IMG/VR virus record: IMGVR_UViG_3300030606_000002
Location: 1 to 40,902 of that record
Source of the DNA: a virus
Strand: one strand, 5' to 3'
Length of the DNA: 40,902 bases
The notes under the pieces are model-generated. The model ran no database searches. It worked only from the letters and a program-made list of their open reading frames with translations, and was not told where the DNA came from. Below are positions 9,481 to 18,400 of the stretch, piece by piece (the stretch's first letter is position 1; each line of letters opens with the position of its first letter). The translations under genes were made by a program, and so were the position numbers.

Positions 9481-9977
9481 AAGCCCTCATCTCGTACGGT
9501 CACCGGGACGCGCACGATCGCGCGTTCCTCGGCGACCCGACTCTCGGTTGATTGTGGCGTGCGCGTAATGACCCAGTTGATCGACTCCCGCGCGTCACCC
9601 GCTCCCCACACCAACCGCGTCTCGTCGGGGACAAGCCGATCGATCGACCGAAGCAACGCATCGACGGCGAGCTCCGTCTGCACCATCGTCTCGTCCTCGT
9701 TGTCACCCTTGATGTACCAGTCCAGCACCACTTCGATGCGGCTGTCCCGCCGACCCGCACCCGCTGGACTACCGGGACGTCGCCGCGATGTCCCACCACC
9801 ATCATGGTAGACCCCAACGCCGGCGCTCGTGTGGAGCTTGAACCGATCTGCCGACCACCGCTTGTAGATGTCCGCGGTAACCGCTGGCACGCTGGCCGCG
9901 GCCGCGAGCGTTGCAAAGTCGCTGTTGAAGTTGGCGTTGACAATCTCATGGACTCGGTCGACAACCTTTCGAATCAT
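9477..9977 (-). CDS. Neck / tail terminator-type protein (called from position)
   Basis: A 166-aa ORF between the head-tail connector and the major tail gene, with an ATGA overlap upstream. Confidence 0.35.
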   Translation of the reverse strand: MIRKVVDRVHEIVNANFNSDFATLAAAASVPAVTADIYKRWSADRFKLHTSAGVGVYHDGGGTSRRRPGSPAGAGRRDSRIEVVLDWYIKGDNEDETMVQTELAVDALLRSIDRLVPDETRLVWGAGDARESINWVITRTPQSTESRVAEERAIVRVPVTVRDEGL

Positions 9978-10582
9978 GCGATCACGATGCTCGGCTTCCC
10001 GATCTGCTCAACGGCTGCCCGCCACATCGGCAAGCCCATCAGGCGCGTCCCAAACTCCAAACCCACTGCACCACCACCCATCACGACGTCCGAACCGAGA
10101 TCCCCAAGCGACTGCGACCGCAAATGCTCTGTCCCACGAATCCGATGCACCAGCGCCGCCGCTTCTTTGACCGCCTCGATCGCGACCGCCGGCAGGTTCT
10201 CGGCCGAACTGTACGTGACGAACAGATTGTAAATCCCCCTGGGGAAGCCCCCATTCTGGTGGCGCACGAGTCGTTGGGCGTTCACAGGATCAATCCGCAC
10301 GTCCGTGACGGGAATCGTGTCGTCAACGCTCGAGGGATCGCTGGTCGTCGAGATGCTGATCGTCGTGATGCTGGAGGCTGGTCGACGAAGCATCAGCGAT
10401 TTGCAACCGTCGCCGCTATGCACCTCGTCCGTGACCGTGCCCGAAGCAGCGAACGTCTGGTCGGTGAGATCCTCGAGGTAATCCTCAACCGCGTCAAGGA
10501 TAGCCTGCAGCGGCCCATCCTGGTCGGTCTTGTCGTATCGGAGGTAGGCCTTAAACTCGGTGAGCGTGAGGAGCGCCGCCAT
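9974..10582 (-). CDS. Head-tail connector (gp6-like N-terminal domain) protein
   Basis: The N-terminus LTLTEFKAYLRYDKTDQDGPLQAILDAVEDYLEDLT is the typical gp6-like connector/adaptor signature. At 202 aa it is longer than usual and may be fused to a head-closure domain. Confidence 0.55.
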   Translation of the reverse strand: MAALLTLTEFKAYLRYDKTDQDGPLQAILDAVEDYLEDLTDQTFAASGTVTDEVHSGDGCKSLMLRRPASSITTISISTTSDPSSVDDTIPVTDVRIDPVNAQRLVRHQNGGFPRGIYNLFVTYSSAENLPAVAIEAVKEAAALVHRIRGTEHLRSQSLGDLGSDVVMGGGAVGLEFGTRLMGLPMWRAAVEQIGKPSIVIA

Positions 10583-10588
10583 CCGCGA

Positions 10589-10888
10589 TCACTTCGTACC
10601 CTTCTTCGTGACCGCCTTGTTCTCGGTCTGCGCACGCGCCTTGTCCTCAGGTTTGGGCGCTTCCTTCTGCCCCCCCTGCACGATACGACCGTTGACCACG
10701 GCAAGCCCCAAGCCCTGAACATCAGCGAGAGGAATGGAACTCCCCGGCGGCGCTAACAGAAACGCCGCATCCGGCGCGCCCTCTTCGACGAGTTTGGTGC
10801 GATCTTTGTTCACGTAGAGCCGTCGGTCCGCCGTCAAGTCTCCGCTCACTCCGGTATCCCCCTCGCGCGTGTGAACCGTGAGTGCCAT
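10589..10888 (-). CDS. Hypothetical head-module protein with a Lys-rich tail
   Basis: A 99-aa ORF with a TAATG overlap to the upstream gene. Confidence 0.4.
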   Translation of the reverse strand: MALTVHTREGDTGVSGDLTADRRLYVNKDRTKLVEEGAPDAAFLLAPPGSSIPLADVQGLGLAVVNGRIVQGGQKEAPKPEDKARAQTENKAVTKKGTK

Positions 10889-11361
10889 TACGCGAACGTG
10901 GTGGCGGGAACGACCCGATAAAAGTACCGGACGTGCAGGTCGCTATCCCCAGTGATGATCTCCCCAACGAGGAGATGCAGCACCAACGCCGCATTCGCGG
11001 TCGGCGTGAGACTCGATATCGCGGACGCCGCGGTGTGCGGTCGCACGTACCGCGTCTGCGCCGTCGTCTGATCGAGGAACCCCGTGGTCTCGCACTCCGC
11101 AACCTCGAGTCCTGACTCGTCGGTGTACTTCACCGACAGGTCTTCGCCGGCAGCGATACCAGCGTACGCCGTTCCCGCCGGCTTATGGATCACCGCCCCC
11201 TCGAAGATCAGCGCAAGGCTGGCACCCGGTGCTGGAACGATCGTGATTGGGGCGGCGTTGAGTGCCAACACCTGCGCGGTCGTGACCACGAGATCGCGAT
11301 GCAACGTCCGTTCTGGTGTCGCGACCGCGAGCGTCGCGGCAGGCCGTTCAATGACAGTCAT
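10888..11361 (-). CDS. Hypothetical head-module protein (possible decoration/auxiliary capsid protein)
   Basis: A 157-aa beta-rich ORF following the capsid and HNH genes, with an ATGA overlap. Confidence 0.4.
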   Translation of the reverse strand: MTVIERPAATLAVATPERTLHRDLVVTTAQVLALNAAPITIVPAPGASLALIFEGAVIHKPAGTAYAGIAAGEDLSVKYTDESGLEVAECETTGFLDQTTAQTRYVRPHTAASAISSLTPTANAALVLHLLVGEIITGDSDLHVRYFYRVVPATTFA

Positions 11362-11840
11362 CGCTCAGCTCCTACGTGACAGATACCAGAATCGCCGAGC
11401 ACAACGTGGAGACGTTGGTGTTCGGCGTTGCTGAGCACCTGAAGGTTGTCAACTCGGTTGTCCTGTTTGTCACCGTTCACGTGGTGCACGTGCTCGTCGG
11501 CCGTGAGTTCACGCCCGAGGTGCGCTTCCATGACGATCCGATGCTCTAGTTGATACTTGCGAATCCCAACCTTCACAGTGATGTAACCAGCACGGCTGAC
11601 GTACCGAGTACCAGTGACGAGCTCGACACCACACTGCGCACGGTGCTTGCATGTCCGCGAGCAGTACCTTCCACCGCCAGTGTACCGTTTGAGTTGGCTC
11701 GGTTGGACCTCGAACATGCCACCACACTCGGTGCACATACGCGGGACACGAGTACGCTTACGACCGGGCTTGCAGACGTAGCACCGGTTCCCCCAAAGCC
11801 CCCCTAGTGGGCCGTTACAACTCTTGCACACCGTCATCAC
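11358..11840 (-). CDS. Free-standing HNH homing-type endonuclease
   Basis: It has N-terminal CxxC pairs and the C-terminal motif HVHHVNGDKQDNRVDNLQVLSNAEHQRLH (HNH_3-like). It is wedged between the capsid gene and the next head gene. Confidence 0.8.
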   Translation of the reverse strand: MMTVCKSCNGPLGGLWGNRCYVCKPGRKRTRVPRMCTECGGMFEVQPSQLKRYTGGGRYCSRTCKHRAQCGVELVTGTRYVSRAGYITVKVGIRKYQLEHRIVMEAHLGRELTADEHVHHVNGDKQDNRVDNLQVLSNAEHQRLHVVLGDSGICHVGAER

Positions 11841-13078
11841 AGCCCCGTCACAGTTGCAAAAGCAGCCGGTCGATACACGACGAAGGCCGCGCGCAATCCG
11901 GCACGGATCGTCCGACGACCGTCCAGGAAATCGTCGTTCACGAAGCCGACGAGCACTTCGAGCCCTCGCCGCTCGTAAAGCTGGCTAAAGTTCATGTAGT
12001 CGCCGACCAGCGCGGTGTTCTCGGTCTGCGCGTCGGAGAGAACGGCGGTGAGCCCCCAGATACGCTGCGGACCAGCCTCCGAGGGCGAACCCCAGATGTA
12101 CACACCGTCCGCGGTTTTGAGCAGGCGAACCTCCTGCCAATCGTTCGGGTGGAAGACGACGGCATTCGGGAATGCGCGACCCGTCACCCGCACGAGGTCC
12201 ATCGCTTTGTACACAGCGTCGGGAACGGAGTCGGCCCCCTTCGCTTGCGTCTGGATCCCAACCACGTTGTTGATGCCCCGCAAGTTGGGAGGAGTCCCAT
12301 TGCCAACCAGGAGTTGACCGTCCAACCGCTGACGCACGCCGAAGCCGAGGCGCTGGTCGAGGTAACTCTGCACACCTTCCACGTCCTGGAGCTGCTCGTC
12401 CGTCACGGGGATGGACGCACCGATCGAGCGCACGGTTGAACTCTGCTCCGTCAGCACGAACTCGGCCTCAGCATACGCAGCCGCTTCGGCACGTTCCGCC
12501 GCGGCGAACGTCGCCGTGGTCTCTTCCATGTACACGACCGCCGCTTGCCCCGTCGTCCCGGGAGGGATGATGTCCGTCACTTGGATGGGTCGGACAGCTT
12601 CGGGTATCACGAGACCGGGGATGCGCGTTGACTCTGGCGGCCAACCGGCCGTTGTCGAGAACACCGTCTTCAACTCGGCGAGGCCGAGTTCGACGATCGA
12701 CTTCGACGGCGTCCCCGACTGCTTGAACTTCTGAAACGCCTCCGACTCGACGACCATCTGGCCGAGCGTCTTGCGTTCCTTCTTGACCTGACCGTCAGGA
12801 AGCGGGGGGGGATCTACGGGCTCGTTCCTGGAATCGTTGAGCGCCTTGCGGGCTTTCTCGATCGTAGCAAGATCATCGACCTCTTTGCCGAGGTCTTCCA
12901 TCTCCTTGTTCCACTCGCGGACGATCTCGACCGCGTGCTTCGCGTCGGTCGCGCCCGTTTCCTTCAGGACGTCGGGCTTGGCAAAATCCAAGTCCTCCCC
13001 GGACGCCGCGAATACGGCATGGAGTTTGTCCTGCTTCGCCTTGAGAGCGTCCCGTTTTTCCTGGAGTTTGCTTGCCAT
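11837..13078 (-). CDS. Major capsid protein, HK97 fold family
   Basis: An N-terminal coiled delta-like region (MASKLQEKRDALKAKQDKL...) is followed by the core ...TDIIPPGTTGQAAVVYMEETT...VTDEQLQDVEGVQSYLDQRLGFGVRQRLDGQLLVGNG. The start is taken as ATG 13078, with GAGGAA 6 nt upstream, not the track start at 13099. Confidence 0.85.
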   Translation of the reverse strand: MASKLQEKRDALKAKQDKLHAVFAASGEDLDFAKPDVLKETGATDAKHAVEIVREWNKEMEDLGKEVDDLATIEKARKALNDSRNEPVDPPPLPDGQVKKERKTLGQMVVESEAFQKFKQSGTPSKSIVELGLAELKTVFSTTAGWPPESTRIPGLVIPEAVRPIQVTDIIPPGTTGQAAVVYMEETTATFAAAERAEAAAYAEAEFVLTEQSSTVRSIGASIPVTDEQLQDVEGVQSYLDQRLGFGVRQRLDGQLLVGNGTPPNLRGINNVVGIQTQAKGADSVPDAVYKAMDLVRVTGRAFPNAVVFHPNDWQEVRLLKTADGVYIWGSPSEAGPQRIWGLTAVLSDAQTENTALVGDYMNFSQLYERRGLEVLVGFVNDDFLDGRRTIRAGLRAAFVVYRPAAFATVTGL

Positions 13079-13189
13079 CGCCGGTTCCTCTGGGAGCACG
13101 GGAACGGCGAAAAAGAAGAGAGGCCGACCCGACGCTCATCGCGTAACAAGGTTGGCCCCTCAAAAAGGCCCTACTCAATTGTCGATTCC

Positions 13190-13218
13190 AACTTATGTCG
13201 GCTGACTCGTTTCGTCAA
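13190..13218 (-). promoter_or_regulatory. Sigma70-like promoter candidate TTGACG-17 nt-TAAGTT upstream of the capsid gene
   Basis: On the minus strand, TTGACG is at 13218-13213 and TAAGTT at 13195-13190 with an exact 17-nt spacer. The site is about 110 nt upstream of the capsid ATG, in an unusually long, lower-GC gap. Confidence 0.4.
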
Positions 13219-13383
13219 CCGGACGGAAGATATTGACCCATCCGCACTTACATTTCCAACTCTGGCGCGGAGGCGCCACCAGAGCGGTATCCCGCGTCAC
13301 CCGTACAATCCCCACGAACTCCAACCGTCCTGATGTTTCGCCGATGAAGTATGAGCACCGATGACACCGAATGGGGATGACGG

Positions 13384-13986
13384 TCAGTGGAATAGCAGCC
13401 TCGCGCGCGTTCGCTCGAACCGGATCAGTTCCTTGAGCGCCAGCGCCATCACCTCATCCGTGGCGTCCGTGGTCTCAAGCTCCTCCTTCTTCTGCTTTGC
13501 CGAGAGTGTGCGGGTATCGATCCCTGCACCAAGGAGCACAGGCGATACCTCGTGCACCTTGAGTTTCTTCAGCACTCGGAACGCACCACGCAACTCCTCG
13601 GGAAGCTCGTCCACGTCCCCCCGCTCGACCACGTCGAAGCCGTAACTCCATTCTTGCAGGTCGCCCATCCCTTTGATCGTCTCGAACGTTTCGCGACCCG
13701 CCTCGGTCGAGAGGAAAAACGTGCCCTCGAGAATCGCACGGTCTTCCTGCACCTTGATGACACCGCGGCCGACCGGCAACGCTCCCATCCACGACCGATG
13801 CCCGTAGGCGGAAATCCGGACCTTTGCTCCGTCCTCGAAAGCCCCCGGCAACGTCACATCGCCGTCATGGTCAACCACGTTGAAAGTCGAGAACACTGCA
13901 TGGACCTCACCCTTGTCAGCATCTTTGATCTCGATGTGACCAAGCGTCTTGTGTGCTCCCGCCTGGAGCTCGAGTTGGTCTGTCAT
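13384..13986 (-). CDS. Prohead maturation protease, HK97 (S78) family
   Basis: GEVHAVFSTFNVVDHDGDVTLPGAFEDG...YGHRS matches the HK97 protease N-terminal signature. It lies between the portal and capsid genes, with an ATGA overlap to portal. Confidence 0.8.
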   Translation of the reverse strand: MTDQLELQAGAHKTLGHIEIKDADKGEVHAVFSTFNVVDHDGDVTLPGAFEDGAKVRISAYGHRSWMGALPVGRGVIKVQEDRAILEGTFFLSTEAGRETFETIKGMGDLQEWSYGFDVVERGDVDELPEELRGAFRVLKKLKVHEVSPVLLGAGIDTRTLSAKQKKEELETTDATDEVMALALKELIRFERTRARLLFH

Positions 13987-15329
13987 TCATCGCCTCCCTG
14001 GTTCTGCGGCTGGGGTTCTGGAACAGTCCCCGGCGTCAACAGATTGATATTCGTCGGTTGGGCGTACACCTCGTCTCCCTCTTCCACCGGGTACCGGAGT
14101 TCCTGCTTGGCCGTCGATCGTTTGATGATGCCTGCCAGATAGTCCGCGCGGACCCGGTTGTGCTTCTCCACGTCATCTTCCATGAGTGCCGGGACGCGCG
14201 TGTGGTCGAACCGCACCCGACGACGAGGCGCTGTGTCGAGATCGGGCAGCAGTTGTCGACCGACCTGTTCGGCAATCGTTTCCTGCATCGGCATCAGACA
14301 ATCCGTCCACGCCATGCGGCGCATCTCGCGCATTGTTGCCCCGACCTTCGTGGTTTGCAATCCGGTCCCGAATCCCACGACGGCCGCCGGGATTCCGAGT
14401 GCCGCGCACACCCGCTCCTCAGAGACGTCGCGCAACGGGGACATATCGAAGGCCTGGAGGTTGTACTGCAACAGCTGCACGTCCGTGGGTTGACCTAACG
14501 CCATCGCCTTGCCCCGACTGTCGCCCGTGAACTTCTCTTGCACGTACTCCTTGACCGCCTTCACGTCGTCGGGACTCGCCGTCCCCTTTTCCTTGGGCGA
14601 GATGATGACGCCGATGATGCCAAAGTTTTGCAGAATGGCCGAGGCGAAGTTCGACGCCTCGTCATCCGTGTACACCTCCCGAACCAGTGCGCCGAGCTGG
14701 GAGAGGCCCAGACGACTGTTACGCGGATCAAGCCCAAACCGGAAGTGCACGACGTCTTTGACGGGAATCTTCACCGCCTGCCCGCCAACTCCCGTCACGG
14801 TCATGTGCTCGCTAAACCCGAGCACGTGACCAACCCCACCAGGCCGATACTCGTAGTGGTCGATGTACGTCTTCCCGTCACGCGGCCAGCGCGGAATCAT
14901 CGTGCACGATGGGACCCACCAAAGTTGAACGACCTCCCCAACACGGTTGCGGATCTTGAGCCAGTAGGCATTCCCGAACGCAAAGTCCAGAATCGTGGCC
15001 ATCCACAACTCACGGCCACCATAGAACTCGTTCGGCACCGCCAACTTGTCCGTCAGAGGATGCGGCTGAACGGTACCCCACTCTTCCTTCCGGAGGCGTT
15101 CCACCACCGGCGGAGCCTGCGGGAAGTTGCGCATGAGCCAATTGAGCGGACCCGCCAACACGGACGACTGCAGGCCGTCACCCACCTTCTGGGCGTAGTC
15201 CACGTTGGTGCCCGGGAGCAGCATCGACTCGAGCCCGTGGAGCCACTGCTGACGACCGTCGTGGACCATCGTCAGCAACTTCTGACCATTGGGCGTCGTC
15301 AGTCGTCGGATACTGTCGAGAAGGTTCAT
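13983..15329 (-). CDS. Portal protein (HK97-type)
   Basis: 448 aa counted from ATG 15329 (ATGA overlap with the terL stop). The earlier in-frame track start would overlap terL. Size and position are typical. Confidence 0.8.
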   Translation of the reverse strand: MNLLDSIRRLTTPNGQKLLTMVHDGRQQWLHGLESMLLPGTNVDYAQKVGDGLQSSVLAGPLNWLMRNFPQAPPVVERLRKEEWGTVQPHPLTDKLAVPNEFYGGRELWMATILDFAFGNAYWLKIRNRVGEVVQLWWVPSCTMIPRWPRDGKTYIDHYEYRPGGVGHVLGFSEHMTVTGVGGQAVKIPVKDVVHFRFGLDPRNSRLGLSQLGALVREVYTDDEASNFASAILQNFGIIGVIISPKEKGTASPDDVKAVKEYVQEKFTGDSRGKAMALGQPTDVQLLQYNLQAFDMSPLRDVSEERVCAALGIPAAVVGFGTGLQTTKVGATMREMRRMAWTDCLMPMQETIAEQVGRQLLPDLDTAPRRRVRFDHTRVPALMEDDVEKHNRVRADYLAGIIKRSTAKQELRYPVEEGDEVYAQPTNINLLTPGTVPEPQPQNQGGDE

Positions 15330-16969
15330 ACCGGCACCCACCCCATCGTTGGCACTAACCCCTCTGCCACGCAATCGCGCGCCGCTTCGTCACTCAAGAT
15401 AGCCGCCATCGCCAAGTCAATCTTATGCGGACTGTCCGGTCGGTCCTTTCGCAGCACCCAGAGCGGTTGCCCTTCTTCGTCTCGCAGTCCGGTGTGCATC
15501 CGACATGCATTGCCCATATGGGCCGCCAACCGCTTGTCGCCGTCGTGACTGATCTCTCCACCCATCATACCCTCAGTGAACGCACGGATTGCGTACGCCA
15601 TGGGTTTCCGACGGTTGGTCCACCACTCAACGACCCGCTTGTCACCGTACGCCCCCGCCCACTTCGAGACGTAACTCTCCCACTTCGGCGGGTCACAGTA
15701 CATCCGCAAGACGTTCCAGGTCTCAAACGCGTCAGCGACCGCCGCGTCAACCTCGTCAATCGGCACCTCCCAGTGCTCGACGTTCGCCGGCCGTTCCCAC
15801 AGTCCAATGACGAACTGATGGCGGTCAGGCAGGAGGGAACCCACGAGAGCCGTCGCATCGTCGAAGCGCGAGCCATCGAACCCGATGGTGATCGGTGCCC
15901 CTTCGGGAATTACCCGCGTAACGTCCGCAAGGCGTCCCCACTGCAACACGTCGAACGCCTTCTCGGTCGCCTGCACGCACCGGTTGAGCCACACGCGCTC
16001 CAGGTACGCCAAGTCCGCGTCGGGTTCCCGGAACGCATCAACGATCCCGTCAATATCGCTCCACGCCGCAATGTACGGGCCCGATGCCTCAAGGATGGCT
16101 GCTCGCAACCCGTCGTCTGTGGTCAGGTCGTGGTGCGGTGACGCCTCGCGGTGGAAAAAGAACAGGCGGGCCCGACTGGGGTCGGCCTGCTTCGCGAGCT
16201 CGATCGCATAATCCATGGTCGCCTCCGCGACCGACCCCGACCCCGGTTCGGGGGCCGTGGTGGTCTCGAGCGCCCAAGCATCCGACATCTGACGTTTGGG
16301 CAGATTGGCGAGCATGTTCCGCCACCCGTCCTTCAGGTGCCGCAGCGTGAACCAGTGCGTTTCGTCCGCGTGCTGAAACGTCGTCCGCGCACCGTCCCGC
16401 GCCTTCGGGGACGTGCTCACCGCCTCCGCCTTGCCGTCACCACCGATACGCGTGATGCGATCAAGGCCGATATCAAAATCAGCAGACAGTCGACTGATCT
16501 CGAGGATCCTGCGCAACGCCCCGTACGCGAGCTCTTCAGTCTGTTCTTCTGACGCCGCTATCATCGGGATGTACGGATCGCTCACGGGACCGGGGATCGG
16601 TTTGCCGTTCTCGAACCCGACACATCTCACCGGCCCGTCCTCGTGCAACTCACAGGCGGCAATCCACGCCGCAATCTCCGTCTTGCTCGATCCCTTCCGC
16701 AGCGAGAGCGCGACACGCCGAAACCGACGTCGACAGGATTGTGGGTTCCGCTCTTTCCGGCGACCGCGGCCCGTGCCGACAAACAGAAACTCCGGCTCCA
16801 CTTCGTACATGCGATAGATCCATGCCCGAAGTTCTTCCGACAGAATGACAGATTCCCCAAGCAGATCCCCGGGGCCGTGGACCAGGTTGCCCTCGATGAA
16901 CGCGCAGACGGAAGGACCGAGCGTTGGCCACGGCTCCTTGTCGGGAGGGGGAACGACAATGGTTGCCAT
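15326..16969 (-). CDS. terL: Terminase large subunit
   Basis: 547 aa, with a Walker-A-like SLRKGSSKTE. It lies between the small terminase and portal genes and has a Terminase_1-like layout. Confidence 0.8.
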   Translation of the reverse strand: MATIVVPPPDKEPWPTLGPSVCAFIEGNLVHGPGDLLGESVILSEELRAWIYRMYEVEPEFLFVGTGRGRRKERNPQSCRRRFRRVALSLRKGSSKTEIAAWIAACELHEDGPVRCVGFENGKPIPGPVSDPYIPMIAASEEQTEELAYGALRRILEISRLSADFDIGLDRITRIGGDGKAEAVSTSPKARDGARTTFQHADETHWFTLRHLKDGWRNMLANLPKRQMSDAWALETTTAPEPGSGSVAEATMDYAIELAKQADPSRARLFFFHREASPHHDLTTDDGLRAAILEASGPYIAAWSDIDGIVDAFREPDADLAYLERVWLNRCVQATEKAFDVLQWGRLADVTRVIPEGAPITIGFDGSRFDDATALVGSLLPDRHQFVIGLWERPANVEHWEVPIDEVDAAVADAFETWNVLRMYCDPPKWESYVSKWAGAYGDKRVVEWWTNRRKPMAYAIRAFTEGMMGGEISHDGDKRLAAHMGNACRMHTGLRDEEGQPLWVLRKDRPDSPHKIDLAMAAILSDEAARDCVAEGLVPTMGWVPV

Positions 16970-17439
16970 CAGCTAATCTTCAACACCTCTCTCGGGTCCT
17001 TACCTGTCTCAGCCGGTGTCGCTTGCTGCCGGCGTCGCTTCGCCGCCTCGTCCGCTGCACCCTCCCCGCGGTTGATCGTCCATTGCAGTCGGTTGCGATC
17101 GAGCGGGGTCAGACCAAACTTCGCGCTCTCTCGACCGATCGTCGTGGCCAAGCTGATCCGCGTCTTGGCATCCGTCGCCTCCCAGAAGTCGTGCACCAGC
17201 ATTGCCAACATTTCCACCGCGTGGCGGTCGGAAAACACGTGCTGTGTCGACATCGGACTCGTCCACACATCCCGCCACCACGCCTTTGCCTGGCTGTTCC
17301 ATGCTCCCTGACCGCGCTTCCGCTTCGGCATCGGTGGAACCCGATTGCCCCGAGTCAGAGCCGGATCAGGGAGATTGGCCCGCGTGCTCACCTTGTTGCG
17401 GCGCCGCCGGGTCTCTGGTGGTTTGGGATTACGTCCCAT
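16969..17439 (-). CDS. terS: Terminase small subunit (P27-like)
   Basis: MGRNPKPPETRRRRN...AWWRDVW...FGLTPLDRNRL resembles P27-family small terminases. The start is ATG 17439. Confidence 0.6.
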   Translation of the reverse strand: MGRNPKPPETRRRRNKVSTRANLPDPALTRGNRVPPMPKRKRGQGAWNSQAKAWWRDVWTSPMSTQHVFSDRHAVEMLAMLVHDFWEATDAKTRISLATTIGRESAKFGLTPLDRNRLQWTINRGEGAADEAAKRRRQQATPAETGKDPREVLKIS

Positions 17440-17545
17440 TACGCAATTCTCGCCCGATCCCCGACGCGGGAATTCCGTACGCACAAAAAACTAGATGCTT
17501 CCCGCTTGACGGAGGGGGGGTACCCCGAAAGAAATGATGTTTTCT

Positions 17546-17791
17546 TCATCCTCGCCTTCGCCGTAACACCTGGTCAACCGAGCCTTGCACGGGAATGATC
17601 GGGCTCTGCTTGGCCTTCTCCTCTTTGAGGAATAGGATCGTCCGTTGGATCCCCAACGAGAGGAGCCGCACCACCTCCATACCGTCCTGAATGCCTGTCC
17701 ATTGGGCTTGGATGTTGTTCACCTCGTCGACGTATACGGTGACGCTGCGCCTCGGAGGCTTCATAGCGTGTCCGTTACCTGGGTTCACCAT
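17546..17791 (-). CDS. Hypothetical protein
   Basis: An 81-aa ORF with GAGGAGAG upstream of its ATG, lying between the HNH gene and terS. Confidence 0.45.
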   Translation of the reverse strand: MVNPGNGHAMKPPRRSVTVYVDEVNNIQAQWTGIQDGMEVVRLLSLGIQRTILFLKEEKAKQSPIIPVQGSVDQVLRRRRG

Positions 17792-18108
17792 CGTTTTCTT
17801 CTCTCCTCGCCCTTGACCACGTTATCGCACGCTCGACAGAGTCCTTCACCGTTGTCCAGCGTCCACTGGCCACCGTGCTCGACCGGCACGATGTGGTTCG
17901 CGACCACCGAGAGCCGCTCGTGGCACCGCACACAGATGGGGTCCCTGGCAATTACCCGCGTACGCCAGGCCCGGTGCATCGGGGTCTGGTACAGCTGGTG
18001 CCTCACCGGCCGCTCACGGTTGTAGCGTCTGTCGTGCTGGACCTGATGGACCACACACCGTCCACGTTCGACGAGCGTGGGGCACCCCGGTTCCACACAA
18101 CTCCGCAT
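17785..18108 (-). CDS. HNH endonuclease associated with the terminase (HK97 gp74-like position)
   Basis: CPTLVERGRCVVH...ANHIVPVEHGGQWTLDNGEGLCRACDN is an HNH core with zinc-binding Cys pairs. It lies just upstream of terS. Confidence 0.8.
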   Translation of the reverse strand: MRSCVEPGCPTLVERGRCVVHQVQHDRRYNRERPVRHQLYQTPMHRAWRTRVIARDPICVRCHERLSVVANHIVPVEHGGQWTLDNGEGLCRACDNVVKGEERRKRW

Positions 18109-18384
18109 CTAGTACTGACCGAGGAAGCCCGTTGCCGTCGTCCCTGTCGCCCAGACACGTGAGATGCGACCAGGATGAAAGATGTTGGTGGCCAACGTGC
18201 CAGTCGGCACCGTGCACTCCACCGTCGCCCCAGCGTCATCGATGTGACTGACGTGGACCGCTCCATCCACTTTCCACGCTAGCGCCTGCAAGACGTTGGC
18301 CAGATCCGAATCGGCGGGGGTGATGGTCACCCACACCCCTGGGCTCGATCGGCCGCGTATCGATCTTTCGAATGGGTCCGCCAT
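18109..18384 (-). CDS. Hypothetical protein
   Basis: A 91-aa ORF packed tightly between neighbouring genes. Confidence 0.4.
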   Translation of the reverse strand: MADPFERSIRGRSSPGVWVTITPADSDLANVLQALAWKVDGAVHVSHIDDAGATVECTVPTGTLATNIFHPGRISRVWATGTTATGFLGQY

Positions 18385-18400
18385 TGGTTGCGTTTCTCCT

